Shown here: in pieces, positions 51,228 to 61,981 of the stretch | How positions within the stretch are numbered: position 1 is the stretch's first letter | Layout: each line of letters starts with the position of its first letter | Assembly: GCA_965205025.1 (NCBI GenBank) | Contig: CBDBFU010000009.1 | Coordinates: 160,001 to 224,000, forward strand | Source of the DNA: Candidatus Poribacteria bacterium | GTDB taxonomy: Bacteria > Poribacteria > WGA-4E > WGA-3G | Direction of reading: 5' to 3' | Length of the DNA: 64,000 bases | Notes under the pieces: model-generated | What the model saw: the letters and a program-made list of their open reading frames with translations, nothing else | Told to the model about the DNA's origin: nothing | The model's database searches: none | Program-made: the position numbers and the translations under genes

Positions 51228-52355
51228 TTATCCTTTTATTCTTTCCAAATAGTCTGTATTTTCCCATGTGAATCCTGGTTCTGTCCTGCCAAAATGTCCA
51301 TAGGCTGCGGTATTTCTATATATAGGTTTCCGTAAGTCCAATCTATCAATAATCCCGGAAGGAGATAAATCAAAATGTTGGTTAACTAATTTTGATGCTT
51401 TTTCATCATCCCCAGTTCCAAATGTATCCACCATGACAGAGACAGGAGATTTTCTACCGATAGCATAAGCAATTTGTATTTCACACCTATCTGCTAATCC
51501 CGCGGCAACTATATTCTTTGCTGCATGTCGAGCTGCGTATGCAGCACTTCTATCAACTTTTGTTGGATCTTTTCCTGAGAATGCCCCACCCCCATGGCGT
51601 CCCATCCCTCCGTATGTGTCAACAATGATCTTCCTACCTGTCAATCCTGCATCTCCTTGGGGACCGCCAGTAACAAAACGTCCTGTAGGGTTAATGTGGA
51701 AGGCAACATCTTTGCTCAAAAGTTCATCTGGAATTACAGGTTTAATTACTTCTTCAATTATACCATCTTTTAGATCTGTATCTGCTACATCAGGGTCATG
51801 TTGGGATGAAACTACTATAGAAGTTACACCGATTGGTTCATTATCAATATATTCAACGGTTACCTGAGATTTACCATCAGGGCGTATGTATTTAAGGATA
51901 TTCTCTTTACGGACTTGTGCTAAACGGTGTGTTAATTGGTGGGCTAAAGTAATTGGGAGAGGCATTAATTCAGGAGTTTCGGTACAAGCGTAACCGAACA
52001 TCATACCTTGGTCGCCTGCCCCTCCAGGATTTACTCCCATTGCTATATCAGGAGATTGTTTATCAACTGTAACCAATACGGCACTATTATCAGCATCAAA
52101 ACCGTAATTAGGATTATTGTATCCTATATCTGAAATAACATTTCGAGCGATTTCCTGGAGGTTTGGACTTGCGGTTGTTGTAATTTCCCCTGCAATAATT
52201 GCTAATCCAGTTGTTACAAGAGTTTCACAAGCCACCCTCCCATTTGGATCTTCAGTAATTATAGCATCAAGAATAGCATCTGAAATTTGATCTGCGATTT
52301 TGTCTGGATGGCCTTCAGTAACAGACTCAGACGAAAATAAAAAATGACGACTCAA
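51228..52355 (-). CDS. metK: S-adenosylmethionine synthetase
   Basis: [38 protein letters not shown]. Confidence 0.97.
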   Translation of the reverse strand: MSRHFLFSSESVTEGHPDKIADQISDAILDAIITEDPNGRVACETLVTTGLAIIAGEITTTASPNLQEIARNVISDIGYNNPNYGFDADNSAVLVTVDKQSPDIAMGVNPGGAGDQGMMFGYACTETPELMPLPITLAHQLTHRLAQVRKENILKYIRPDGKSQVTVEYIDNEPIGVTSIVVSSQHDPDVADTDLKDGIIEEVIKPVIPDELLSKDVAFHINPTGRFVTGGPQGDAGLTGRKIIVDTYGGMGRHGGGAFSGKDPTKVDRSAAYAARHAAKNIVAAGLADRCEIQIAYAIGRKSPVSVMVDTFGTGDDEKASKLVNQHFDLSPSGIIDRLDLRKPIYRNTAAYGHFGRTEPGFTWENTDYLERIKG

Positions 52356-52594
52356 TTCGGTTCTCCTGTATTCATTGATTCCTCCTTATTCTACATTTGT
52401 AACACAATAGATTCCATGTATCCGTGATAGAAGAGCACTCCTGTGCATAACGAATTATACTGCTCAGAAGTGCTCTATTGACTTAATATGAACCTATATA
52501 GTTATATCTCTGGTGGAATTACAGGTATTGTATTTTAAGTGAGACAAAAGTGCTTAATTCTCAGAATCCTCAGATTACTGTGTACTAAGGTTTA

Positions 52595-55063
52595 CTAAGA
52601 GGGATTAGAATCCTCTGAATTCTCGCTGTCATCAGGAGTTTCAGATTCTTCTGATCCTTGGCTCTCCTCTGTATCTTCAGTTTCAACAGAATCTTCAGAA
52701 CTTTGGACTTCTTCAACCGGTTCATCTGTTTCTGCTTCATGTGAGTCCTCTGTATCATCAGAAGTTTGGGTTTCCTGATGTGTTTCTGTCTCCTCAGAAG
52801 TGGTAAGATTATCGACGTTATTTTTACCCATTTCCTGTTTCAATAATGCTCCCATAATGGTTTCTTCTTCTTCAACAGGTTCAGGTTGTCTTTGTTGGCG
52901 TTGTGGAGCATGTCGTTGACGTCGAGGTCGTTCTTGTTGTTCTTGTTGATTTTGTGGATTCGCTGCGCGTTCTTGATCAGCAATAGCTGCTTTTAAACTT
53001 AATCCAATTCGTCTTCCTTTTGGATCAAGGTTAATAACTTTCACATCAATTTCATCTCCAACAGATACTACCTCTTCAGGTCTTTCAATTCTACGATCAG
53101 CGATCTCAGATATATGAATCAACCCATCAATACCCTCTTCAAGTTTTGTAAAAGCACCAAAACTGGTAAGGTTAACAATTTGTCCACGAACAACTGAACC
53201 AACTTTATACTTTTCTGGTACTTCGTCCCATGGATCAGGTTGAGTCTGCTTAAGTCCTAATGAGACCCGGCGTTCAGAAGCATCAATTTGTAGGACAACA
53301 ACTTCTACTTCATCACCTTCCTTCAAGAATTCCTGAGGATTAGTTGCTCGATCCGTCCAAGACAAGTCAGAAGTATGTATTAATCCATCAATTCCTTCTT
53401 CAATTTCGACAAATGCCCCAAAATTCGTAAGATTTCGTATCCGTCCATTGATTTTTGTTCCAACAGGATATCTTTGTTCAAGCAGTTCCCAAGGATTTTC
53501 TTGTAACTGTTTTATACCTAAAGAAATCCTCTTATCTTCTCTTGAGATTTCAAGGACGATTGCCTCAATTTCATCACCTTTTGTGACGATCCGTGATGGA
53601 GCAACATTGCGTCGTGTCCATGACATTTCGGATACATGAATCAAACCTTCAACAGCTTCTTCCAGTTGTACAAAAACTCCATAATTGACTATATTTACGA
53701 CAGCCCCTTTAACTCTTGACCCAACGGCATATTTTTCTTCGACGTTTTCCCATGGATCATTAGTTTTCTGTTTTAGACCTAAAGAAATCTTCTCATTATC
53801 TTCACCAATTGCAATTACTTGGACTTCAATTTCATCTCCAATAGCAACGATTTCTGATGGATGGTTTATCCGTTTCCAAGCCATGTCAGTTTTATGGAGT
53901 AATCCATCGACACCACCGAGGTCAACAAACGCTCCAAATGCTGTAATATTCTTGACAACACCATTAATGAGTTGTCCTACCTCAAGATTTTTCAGAACTT
54001 CTTCTTTCTTTTCTGCCATCTCAGCTTCGAGAAATGCGCGACGGGACAGAACAATATTGTGCCGCCGTTTACTCATACTGATGACTTTCATTTGGAAAAC
54101 TTCACCAATGTATTGGTCAAGATTTGAAATTGGTCTTAATTCAACTTGTGATGCTGGCAAGAAACCTCGTAAAGAACCGACATATACTTGTAGTCCCCCT
54201 TTAATCCGCTCGGTAATCCGTCCTTCAACAGGTGAACCACTTTCAAATGCTTCGGTAATTTCGTCCCATACGAGTGTTTGATCAGCAATCTTCTTAGAGA
54301 GTACTATTTGTCCGTCCATATCTTCGCGTCGGACGATATAAACATCAATTTGATCCCCAACCTGAACGGTAGGTAGATCATTTTCCTGTTTATCAAACTC
54401 GGCTGCAGGTATATATCCTTCAGATTTGAAACCGATGTCAATCATGACTTCGTCGCGGCTGACATCAACTACAGTTCCTTTTACGATCTCACCATCAGTA
54501 AAGGCTTTTAATGAATTGTCATAGGCTTCTTCAAGAGATTCTTGGCTCATTGCAGCCTGTTCTTCGTTTGAATCTGTTTCTACTTGAGAAGGGGCATCTT
54601 CGGATGTACCAGATTCAACAACATCTGTTTCTGTAGAATCTTCTGATGTATCGGAATCGGTCTCAACTATGGTAGGGGAATCGTCAGATTGATCATCGGA
54701 TGCATCACTCGCAGCTTCAACAGTTTCTGGTGTCTGTTGATTCTCATCTGATGTTTCGGTTTCGGGGTCTTCTGTAGGAGGGTTTTCTTCAAACTGGATA
54801 TTGCCTTCAGCGTTGTCTGTTAAATCCCCTTTATCAGTTTCATCAGCAGTTAACTCCACCTGCTCATTTTCATCTTCCGGAGAAGTATCATCTGTTGCTT
54901 CGTCTTTAACTTCTGTATCACTATCGGAAGTTTGGTTCATATGTGCTGGTGTTTCCGTCTTACTTACTTCATCTTGCTCTGTTTCAGTTGTACCGTCAAC
55001 TGTTTCTTCTTCTGTATCCACATCAACAGTGGAATCATCTGTATGGGTCTGTTCGTTATTCAT
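52595..55063 (-). CDS. rpsA: 30S ribosomal protein S1 with long acidic N- and C-terminal extensions
   Basis: Six S1 repeats (IDIGFKSEG, FGAFVDLGGVDGLLH, EGLIHVSE...). Confidence 0.95.
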   Translation of the reverse strand: MNNEQTHTDDSTVDVDTEEETVDGTTETEQDEVSKTETPAHMNQTSDSDTEVKDEATDDTSPEDENEQVELTADETDKGDLTDNAEGNIQFEENPPTEDPETETSDENQQTPETVEAASDASDDQSDDSPTIVETDSDTSEDSTETDVVESGTSEDAPSQVETDSNEEQAAMSQESLEEAYDNSLKAFTDGEIVKGTVVDVSRDEVMIDIGFKSEGYIPAAEFDKQENDLPTVQVGDQIDVYIVRREDMDGQIVLSKKIADQTLVWDEITEAFESGSPVEGRITERIKGGLQVYVGSLRGFLPASQVELRPISNLDQYIGEVFQMKVISMSKRRHNIVLSRRAFLEAEMAEKKEEVLKNLEVGQLINGVVKNITAFGAFVDLGGVDGLLHKTDMAWKRINHPSEIVAIGDEIEVQVIAIGEDNEKISLGLKQKTNDPWENVEEKYAVGSRVKGAVVNIVNYGVFVQLEEAVEGLIHVSEMSWTRRNVAPSRIVTKGDEIEAIVLEISREDKRISLGIKQLQENPWELLEQRYPVGTKINGRIRNLTNFGAFVEIEEGIDGLIHTSDLSWTDRATNPQEFLKEGDEVEVVVLQIDASERRVSLGLKQTQPDPWDEVPEKYKVGSVVRGQIVNLTSFGAFTKLEEGIDGLIHISEIADRRIERPEEVVSVGDEIDVKVINLDPKGRRIGLSLKAAIADQERAANPQNQQEQQERPRRQRHAPQRQQRQPEPVEEEETIMGALLKQEMGKNNVDNLTTSEETETHQETQTSDDTEDSHEAETDEPVEEVQSSEDSVETEDTEESQGSEESETPDDSENSEDSNPS

Positions 55064-55254
55064 TAAGATGTCTGGGTATGTTGTTAACGCAAAGTCGCGT
55101 TAAGTCCGCCAGTTCCTCCTTGTTTCGAAGTGCTGCTGGCACTTTCAGTCGCTTAATTATATAGTATATCACAATGTGCATTGAATTGCAACATTTAAAT
55201 CTATACTGGGTGTGTAAATAAATTGTCACCTTAGGTGTTAATTTAGTGAGATTA

Positions 55255-55590
55255 GTTTATTTTTATCTATGTTTGAGTTGTCTGAATCACAGATTACACA
55301 GATTACGCGGATAAGAGTGTTTGGAGAGGGGAAGGAGTAAGATTAGAAACTAAAAGTTTGTGTTACAAAGAGGTGTTTTTTCTGAATCACGGATTACGCA
55401 GAGGTGAAAGGTTTATGTCTGCATGAATTTCTTTCAATGCTGGAGTTACAAATCAAAAAATCAAGGAATCAACGGTATGAATGCTATTTAGTATTCCCCG
55501 TGGTTAGGAAACCGTACCAACTGGGTCTATAGGTGTACAATTTTGTAAAAATGTAGTTCATATAGCTATTATCAAACTCACGTTCCATAA
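55255..55590. repeat. Intergenic repeat mosaic
   Basis: TCTGAATCAC(A/G)GATTAC x2 (inverse copy near 23003); AATCAACGGTATGAATGCTATTTAG-ATTCCCCGTGGTTAGGAAACCG shared with about 6106-6153; TTATCAAACTCACGTT end shared with about 41170. Confidence 0.65.
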
Positions 55591-55600
55591 CAAAATATTC

Positions 55601-55629
55601 TTGCCAATTATATGATAATAAACTATAAT
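55601..55629 (+). promoter_or_regulatory. Sigma70-type promoter
   Basis: TTGCCA-17 bp-TATAAT upstream of the STAS gene. Confidence 0.6.
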
Positions 55630-55665
55630 GATAATATGGATTTTTATAACGGTAGGTGATTATAT

Positions 55666-56010
55666 ATGGCAGGAACCGAATTAATGACCGTTCGTGAAAA
55701 CGCAGATATTAAAATTATTGATGTAATGACAGATTTAAGCAGCTATGCTGCTTTGGATTTGCGTAAGATTCTTGAGGACCTCCTTTTAGATAAAGTAGAT
55801 AAGGTGGTTGTAAATTTCAGTGAAGTAAACCATATCAATAGTACTGCCGTAGGAACCTTAGTAGGAATTGCTAAACGGCTTCGTCAAAACGGTGGTGATC
55901 TGAAACTTTGTCAACTTGGTCCTCCACTCACCCGCACATTCAATCTCATTGGTGCATCCAGTGTAGTTGAGATATATGAATCAGAAAAAAGCGCGCTGGC
56001 TGCATTTTAG
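55666..56010 (+). CDS. STAS anti-sigma-factor antagonist
   Basis: VVVNFSEVNHINSTAVG-LV, GG-LKL, E--ALAAF. Confidence 0.88.
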   Translation: MAGTELMTVRENADIKIIDVMTDLSSYAALDLRKILEDLLLDKVDKVVVNFSEVNHINSTAVGTLVGIAKRLRQNGGDLKLCQLGPPLTRTFNLIGASSVVEIYESEKSALAAF

Positions 56011-56038
56011 TCGTATTCCAACTTACAGGCAATAATTT

Positions 56039-56491
56039 ATGGATAAAGACTATATTGAGTTTAAACTGCCCAGTAATGTGTGTTATATTGAATCAGTGAG
56101 AGTGTTTATAGGGAAGTTATCGGAAACACTTGGCTTTCCTAAGAAGCGAACTGCCGACATCCAACTGGCACTTGATGAAATATGTAGCAATGCTGTTAAC
56201 CATGGTTCTAAGTCAGCAGAATCTGGAATTAAAATACATATTACTGTTGATAAACGATTCTTAGAGTTGATGGTAAGAGATACAGGGGGGCAAAATTCAA
56301 AAGACTGGTTCACCCCAGAAAAACTTGCCAAAATACAGGAACGTCGTACTCCTGAAGGTGAAAGTGGACATGGACTATATCTAATTGAATGTCTTACAGA
56401 TGGACACAAACTCCAAGCGAATAAATATGGTGGCACTGACGTGACAGTTCTCTTCAATAGAACGAGTGATGCTGGTCAAGACGGTCCTTGA
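56039..56491 (+). CDS. Anti-sigma factor Ser/Thr kinase (RsbW/SpoIIAB-like)
   Basis: LALDEICSNAVNHG, VRDTG, G-GLYLI--LTD. Confidence 0.9.
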   Translation: MDKDYIEFKLPSNVCYIESVRVFIGKLSETLGFPKKRTADIQLALDEICSNAVNHGSKSAESGIKIHITVDKRFLELMVRDTGGQNSKDWFTPEKLAKIQERRTPEGESGHGLYLIECLTDGHKLQANKYGGTDVTVLFNRTSDAGQDGP

Positions 56492-57642
56492 ACTACAATG
56501 AGTGTTAGATCGTCGGGATTTGGAGTAGTATCCGAAAATACACTAATGGTTTGCGATACATACTCAATCAATTCCATCGGTTTTTCTATTTCACTCTTGG
56601 TAACTACTTCTTTCAACTTTTCAACAGTAAATTCCTCACCCTTTGAATTCTTAACTTCATAAGCACCATCAGTATATAAGAACATTCGACTTGATGTTTC
56701 AAATGTATAGTGGCAATTTTCATATTGTGATTCTCGGCTGATTCCTAAACCATTACCTGAATGACCATTCGTGATAAGTGTACAACTTGAATGAGAATTA
56801 ATTTGTAAGAAAGGAAATGGATGACCAGCATTTGCACAAACGATTTCTTTTTTCTTAAGATCAATTATCCCGCAGAAAGCGGTTGCGAACATAAATAGAT
56901 GCGAACTAATCATATCGCTGAATCGAGTATTTAGTAACTTTATAATCTCGGCAGGATTATCATCAACTTCATCTCTATGTTCCGATAGTATTGTCTTTAT
57001 AAAGACTGTGATGAGTGCTGCCGAAGCTCCATGTCCCATGACATCTGAAATTAATAATCCCATCCTATTTTCATCTATTTTCCATAAATCATAAAAATCT
57101 CCACCAACTGCCAGTGCAGGAGAACAGTGTGAAGCAATTTCAAAGACACCAATTTTCTGTAGACCGTTTTTTGGAATTAGGATTTCTTGTACATTCCGTG
57201 CCATTTGAAGTTCTGACTCCAAACGGGCATTATATTCTTCCAAAGTATCATGATATTGTTTTATTCGTAGAAGTGACTTTATTCTTGCTAATACCTCGAA
57301 ACTATTGAAAGGTTTTTCGATGAAATCATCTGCTCCTGCCTCTACAGCCTTTATCCTATTCTCTTGAGTATCACGTAGAGCTGTGATCATAATGATAGGT
57401 ATGAATTCCGTATGCTTATGAGCTCGCACCCTTTTAACGACTTCATATCCATCTATTTTTGGCATATTTATGTCTAATAAGATCAGATCTGGAGCATTTT
57501 CTTTAATTGACTCTAATGCTTCCTGTCCATCACAAGCAGTTCTAACAGAATATCCTCGAGTTTGGAGTTGAATTTGAAGGATCTTGATGTTTCGAGGTTC
57601 ATCGTCAACAACAAGAATATCAGCGGATTCTTCAGCGATCAT
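56476..57642 (-). CDS. Receiver domain-PP2C (SpoIIE/RsbU) phosphatase
   Basis: VVDD, LLDINMP, KP; VGGDFYD, DVMGHG, NAGHP, YTDG, DDLT. Confidence 0.92.
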   Translation of the reverse strand: MIAEESADILVVDDEPRNIKILQIQLQTRGYSVRTACDGQEALESIKENAPDLILLDINMPKIDGYEVVKRVRAHKHTEFIPIIMITALRDTQENRIKAVEAGADDFIEKPFNSFEVLARIKSLLRIKQYHDTLEEYNARLESELQMARNVQEILIPKNGLQKIGVFEIASHCSPALAVGGDFYDLWKIDENRMGLLISDVMGHGASAALITVFIKTILSEHRDEVDDNPAEIIKLLNTRFSDMISSHLFMFATAFCGIIDLKKKEIVCANAGHPFPFLQINSHSSCTLITNGHSGNGLGISRESQYENCHYTFETSSRMFLYTDGAYEVKNSKGEEFTVEKLKEVVTKSEIEKPMELIEYVSQTISVFSDTTPNPDDLTLIVVQGPS

Positions 57643-58025
57643 GTTGTGTTCTTTTCGAGATGATGTCTTACACGCTCTAGCAGAACATGTGTATCAATAG
57701 GTTTACTTAGATAATCATCACATCCTGCCTTAAGTAGGCGTTCTTTATCCCCAGACATTGCTGCAGCTGTTAGGGCAATAATCGGGATACTACACAATTT
57801 TGGTTCAGACTTTATGAGGCGTGTCAAATCTTCACCACTCTTTCCTGGCAGCTCAATATCCATTAGGATGAGTGAGGGTATAGACATTTCTAAATAAGTT
57901 AATGCTTCAGTAGCATTAACAGATTCAACCACATTATATCCTTCTGATTCAAGGACAATCCGTACTACTTTTCTATTTAATGCTTGGTCTTCTATTACTA
58001 AGATTTGAGTCGAATCATTATTCAA
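57639..58025 (-). CDS. Single-domain response regulator (DivK-like)
   Basis: IED, MDIELP, ALTA-AM-GD, GCDDYLSKP. Confidence 0.92.
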   Translation of the reverse strand: MNNDSTQILVIEDQALNRKVVRIVLESEGYNVVESVNATEALTYLEMSIPSLILMDIELPGKSGEDLTRLIKSEPKLCSIPIIALTAAAMSGDKERLLKAGCDDYLSKPIDTHVLLERVRHHLEKNTT

Positions 58026-58163
58026 GTAGTATTCCTTATTTAATTATAAAAAAGTATTCATAATAGTTCTACAATTCGAGTAATTAGAAAAAAGCAGGAA
58101 TTCTGAATTTACTGAATTGGTGTTTAATCTTTGAAGTCCGACAGTCTCATAATCGAATTTCTT

Positions 58164-60446
58164 TTATGTTTGTTTTATAGGGATACTAAATGTAAAAGAA
58201 CTTCCTTGTCCCTCTTCACTGGTCACACTTATTTCTCCTTGATGCAATTCAATTAACCTTTGTGTTAGTGCTAAACCGAGTCCTGTTCCTCCATACCGTC
58301 TGGACTTTGAAGTATCAATCTGTGTGAATGGAGCAAATAGTTTCATTTGATCTTCTTCAGATATACCTATACCTGTGTCTGTAACCATAACGTGCAAATC
58401 AGAGGAGGTTACTTTTAAATGTGTAATTACTTTTCCATTATCTGGCGTAAACTTCACTGCGTTTGATAGCAAATTATAGAAGATTTGTTTTAGTTTGATT
58501 CGATCAGCTTCAATCGTTCCATTCTGAGAACAAGACAAAGTAAGTTGAATATTTTTTTTAATAGCTAAGGCATTAATAATTGCATTTACCTCTTCAACAG
58601 CGTCAAGAATAAAAAATTCTTCAAGTTGTAGAGACATTTTTCCTGCTTCAATTTTGGACAAATCAAGAATATCATTAATCATCTCCAGTAAATGCTGCCC
58701 ACTAACTCGAATGTCGTTAATACACTCTTTTTGCTCATCATTTATGGGACCGACCAGCTCATCTCTGAGTATCTCAGCGAATCCAATTATAGCATTTAGT
58801 GGTGTCCGTAATTCATGGCTCATATTAGCGAGAAAATCGCTTTTTGCTCTACTTGCATATTCTGCGGTTTCTTTGGCATTCTGCATGGCTTGTTGCGCTT
58901 TTATACGGTCTGTATTATCAAGTGCCATACTAATGATAATTCGAGTTCCATCTGGTTGAATTCCAAGTAGGGATGAACTGAATTCCCATATTTGTTTTTT
59001 TCCAGCTTTCGTAGTAATCTCATATTGTGTTGGACTGACACGTTCCTTGTTTAGATTGACCTGAATAAGATATTCATGTATGTCCTGACTTAATTCTTGA
59101 TTTGCTTGTTCTAACCAGTTAGAAACTGTTGTCATTTCTTCAGGACTATAGCCTGTTAGATCTGTCCATGCTCGACTAATGAGGATAATTTCACCATTTT
59201 CATCGTGAATCATTATGGGAAGTGGGGCATTAAGTACGGCTCGACGAAATCGTTGTTCGCTCTCTTGTAATTCTGTTTCAGCTTGTTTTCGTGCGGAGAT
59301 ATCGGTAGATGTCATTAGAAAACCGACCATTTTACCATCCCTTATAATAGGACCTATACAGGATGCGTACCAATTTCCACTAAGCCTTCCCTGGATTTCA
59401 TAACCTGCTACTTCACCTGTATCAATTACCTGACGGCATGCTTCACGAAAACCCTCATGATGTTCTTCTGTTAGGAAGTCGAAAATACTCTTTCCTACCA
59501 CATCTTCAACTGTAACATCAACAGCAGGAGGAATTTTATTAATAAATTGTAGTGTATAATTTAAGTCAAGTGTTGAAATTATATCTGGCGCACTCTCAAC
59601 TAAAGAACGCCATTTAGCTTCAGAATCTCGGAGTGCTTGATCTGCACGATTGTATTCGGTTATATCTCTTGAGATACCACATGTACCCTTAATCCGTCCG
59701 CTTCTATCTCGAATTGGTACTTTAGTTGTTGAGACCCAAGTATCTTGTGCCCCTGGCCATGTTTCTTTTTCCTGTTTAGCCTCTATAGGTTTTCCTGTAT
59801 CAATAACCGTTCTTTCATCCTCATATGCTTGATGGGCATGTTCCCGTGTGAAGAAGTCAAAATCGGTTTTACCAATAGCATCGGATGGATCTTTCAGACC
59901 AAACCGATTTGCGAGTGATCGACTAATACGAATGAATTTACTATCAATATCCTTAAAATATATGTGATCAGGATTATTATCCATCAATGTATGTAGGAAT
60001 TCACTTTCCTGAGAATGCATTGATGCCAATTGTTGGAACCGTTGTTCATTCTCACGAAGTTTTCTTTCCATATCCTTTGCAGATGAAATATCACTTGCAA
60101 CGACATAAAAAATATGCTGTTCTCTGTCAATTCTTAACGTCAAGCGAAGTCTTTTATATTCTTCATTAACACAGTGTAGACGTGCTTCAAATGAAGTAAT
60201 TAATGAATCGCCATCTTTCAGTTTATTGATCTCAGCAAGGATGGAAGGATGGTCATCAGTATGAATTAAATCGATCCAATGCCGTGAATGAAGTTCTTGT
60301 AATGAATAACCGAGAGTGTATTCCCAGGAAGGATTAATAGGGATAAAAATGTCATCAAAAGTAATAACGGCGAACATTTCCGATGACATCTGAAGAAATG
60401 GATGTTTTTTTAATACTTCAATTTCAGGTGCCATGCGGTTCACCAT
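58164..60446 (-). CDS. Cytoplasmic multi-PAS sensor histidine kinase
   Basis: About four PAS/PAC units, no TM; FLANMSHELRTPLN, NLLSNAVKF, DTGIGI, GGTGLGL. Confidence 0.93.
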   Translation of the reverse strand: MVNRMAPEIEVLKKHPFLQMSSEMFAVITFDDIFIPINPSWEYTLGYSLQELHSRHWIDLIHTDDHPSILAEINKLKDGDSLITSFEARLHCVNEEYKRLRLTLRIDREQHIFYVVASDISSAKDMERKLRENEQRFQQLASMHSQESEFLHTLMDNNPDHIYFKDIDSKFIRISRSLANRFGLKDPSDAIGKTDFDFFTREHAHQAYEDERTVIDTGKPIEAKQEKETWPGAQDTWVSTTKVPIRDRSGRIKGTCGISRDITEYNRADQALRDSEAKWRSLVESAPDIISTLDLNYTLQFINKIPPAVDVTVEDVVGKSIFDFLTEEHHEGFREACRQVIDTGEVAGYEIQGRLSGNWYASCIGPIIRDGKMVGFLMTSTDISARKQAETELQESEQRFRRAVLNAPLPIMIHDENGEIILISRAWTDLTGYSPEEMTTVSNWLEQANQELSQDIHEYLIQVNLNKERVSPTQYEITTKAGKKQIWEFSSSLLGIQPDGTRIIISMALDNTDRIKAQQAMQNAKETAEYASRAKSDFLANMSHELRTPLNAIIGFAEILRDELVGPINDEQKECINDIRVSGQHLLEMINDILDLSKIEAGKMSLQLEEFFILDAVEEVNAIINALAIKKNIQLTLSCSQNGTIEADRIKLKQIFYNLLSNAVKFTPDNGKVITHLKVTSSDLHVMVTDTGIGISEEDQMKLFAPFTQIDTSKSRRYGGTGLGLALTQRLIELHQGEISVTSEEGQGSSFTFSIPIKQT

Positions 60447-61207
60447 TACTTCGTAACTAAAACAGCACGGTTGGCAAGTTTCACAACTGTTTGGGTAGTG
60501 CTTTGAAAAACCATTTCATAAAGACGACCATGATGACTTGCACTGAGAGCAATCAAATCACAATCGTTTTCTTCAGCGTTCTCCAAGATATTTGTCACTG
60601 TAAATCCAAGGGCAGTAAGGAATTCAGTGGAAACATCGTAATAATGTAGATAGTCTTCCATCTGTTGTTTTATTTCTGTTGCTTCTTGTGGTGTGTTTGA
60701 AAGTGCTAAACCTAAGAGATCAGACTTTGTTAATTCAGCAATTTCAGAGGATAGCGTTAGAACATGATCAGAATATATATCCCCGTGATGAACAGTGAGT
60801 ATTTTACGTAAAAGTGTACATTGTTGATGTACAATTATAATGGGTCTTGTTATATGTGCAAGTACATCGTCAATCTGGCTTTGTATGAGTTTTAATCCGT
60901 GTGTTTTTATATCTTCAGGTAGACCGACAACGACTAAATCGGCGGAATGTGCTTTTTGGCATATCATTTGTCTGGGATTTCCAGCAACTGCCTCAATATG
61001 ATAATCTAAAAAATCATAAAGTGCACATTCCTTTTCAGTACGACTTAAAATGGTCTCAGCGACATCTGCGCTACCCCCGTGAGAACTATCTTGAAAAAAG
61101 ACACATGATAGGTGTGTACCTAAAAGAACAGCGAGTTGACCAGCATAATCAAATGCATTCCTTTCATAATCCGTATCACCTATAGAAACGAGGATATTCT
61201 TTATCAT
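60446..61207 (-). CDS. Tandem universal stress protein
   Basis: IKNILV, G-P---I...ADLVVVG, DLIAL...STT--VV..VLV. Confidence 0.85.
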   Translation of the reverse strand: MIKNILVSIGDTDYERNAFDYAGQLAVLLGTHLSCVFFQDSSHGGSADVAETILSRTEKECALYDFLDYHIEAVAGNPRQMICQKAHSADLVVVGLPEDIKTHGLKLIQSQIDDVLAHITRPIIIVHQQCTLLRKILTVHHGDIYSDHVLTLSSEIAELTKSDLLGLALSNTPQEATEIKQQMEDYLHYYDVSTEFLTALGFTVTNILENAEENDCDLIALSASHHGRLYEMVFQSTTQTVVKLANRAVLVTK

Positions 61208-61226
61208 AGTGTACTGAAACCATTCC

Positions 61227-61613
61227 TTACCGTTTTGGTTGATTAAGAGGATTCAATAATGCGTTTACTGCTTCCTCTTCACTTTCAAAGTTTTGGAAGA
61301 CCGTAATAAGTCTTGCCATAACTATTAGATTTTTTACATGTTTATTCACATTTATAACGGCTATTGATCCCCCGCGCGGTTGGACGTCAGTATATATTTT
61401 CATTATGGCACCAAGACCGGAACTATCCATGCTTGTAACATCTTTGAAGTCAAAAACAAGGTTTGGAGGATCTTCCATTTTCTTGAGTTCTTGTTCCACA
61501 AGATCTGTCACTTCACTTATATGGGGGGCTATTATTCTCCCATCAAGTTTAAAAATCGTGACCCCATCCCGTTGAGATCGTGTTATTGCCATAGGTCTAT
61601 CCTCCACATTCAT
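61227..61613 (-). CDS. STAS anti-sigma-factor antagonist
   Basis: DFKDVTSMDSSGLG. Confidence 0.9.
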   Translation of the reverse strand: MNVEDRPMAITRSQRDGVTIFKLDGRIIAPHISEVTDLVEQELKKMEDPPNLVFDFKDVTSMDSSGLGAIMKIYTDVQPRGGSIAVINVNKHVKNLIVMARLITVFQNFESEEEAVNALLNPLNQPKR

Positions 61614-61633
61614 AGTCTTGATGTAAATGTGTA

Positions 61634-61981
61634 TTAACTTTCGGTAGTCAATGCTGAAATAGCTTCATCTTCGGTATTGAAATGTTCAAAAATACTTGCC
61701 AACCGACTCCGGACAATAAGATTCTTGATATTCTTTCCTACATTAAGCACACCAACCCTACCACCTTTTCTGGTAATTGTTACATGTGCCCCCATAAGCG
61801 TACCGAGCCCTGAACTATCCATCATATTAACTTTTTCAAAATCAATTAGGATTTTAGGTGTATCAGAAGCATCAACTTCCGTGGTAATTGTTTCTCGTAA
61901 TTCAGAAACACTTGTTCCCATTATTTTTCCTGCGGGTTCTAAGATTGTTACACCGTCTTTGTGTCGAACTGTTGTTGCCAT
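61634..61981 (-). CDS. STAS anti-sigma-factor antagonist
   Basis: DFEKVNMMDSSGLG; AAGGAG RBS. Confidence 0.9.
   Translation of the reverse strand: MATTVRHKDGVTILEPAGKIMGTSVSELRETITTEVDASDTPKILIDFEKVNMMDSSGLGTLMGAHVTITRKGGRVGVLNVGKNIKNLIVRSRLASIFEHFNTEDEAISALTTES

Noticed and set aside
52400-52590. SAM riboswitch upstream of metK
   Set aside because: No SAM-I (ATC..GAG..GAT P1 core) or other recognisable aptamer; only one hairpin, which could be an rpsA terminator
53685-54281. 198-aa plus-strand ORF and other long antisense ORFs (e.g. 37056-37574, 48642-49052, 19716-20126)
   Set aside because: Shadow ORFs opposite well-supported genes, with no RBS or domain signal
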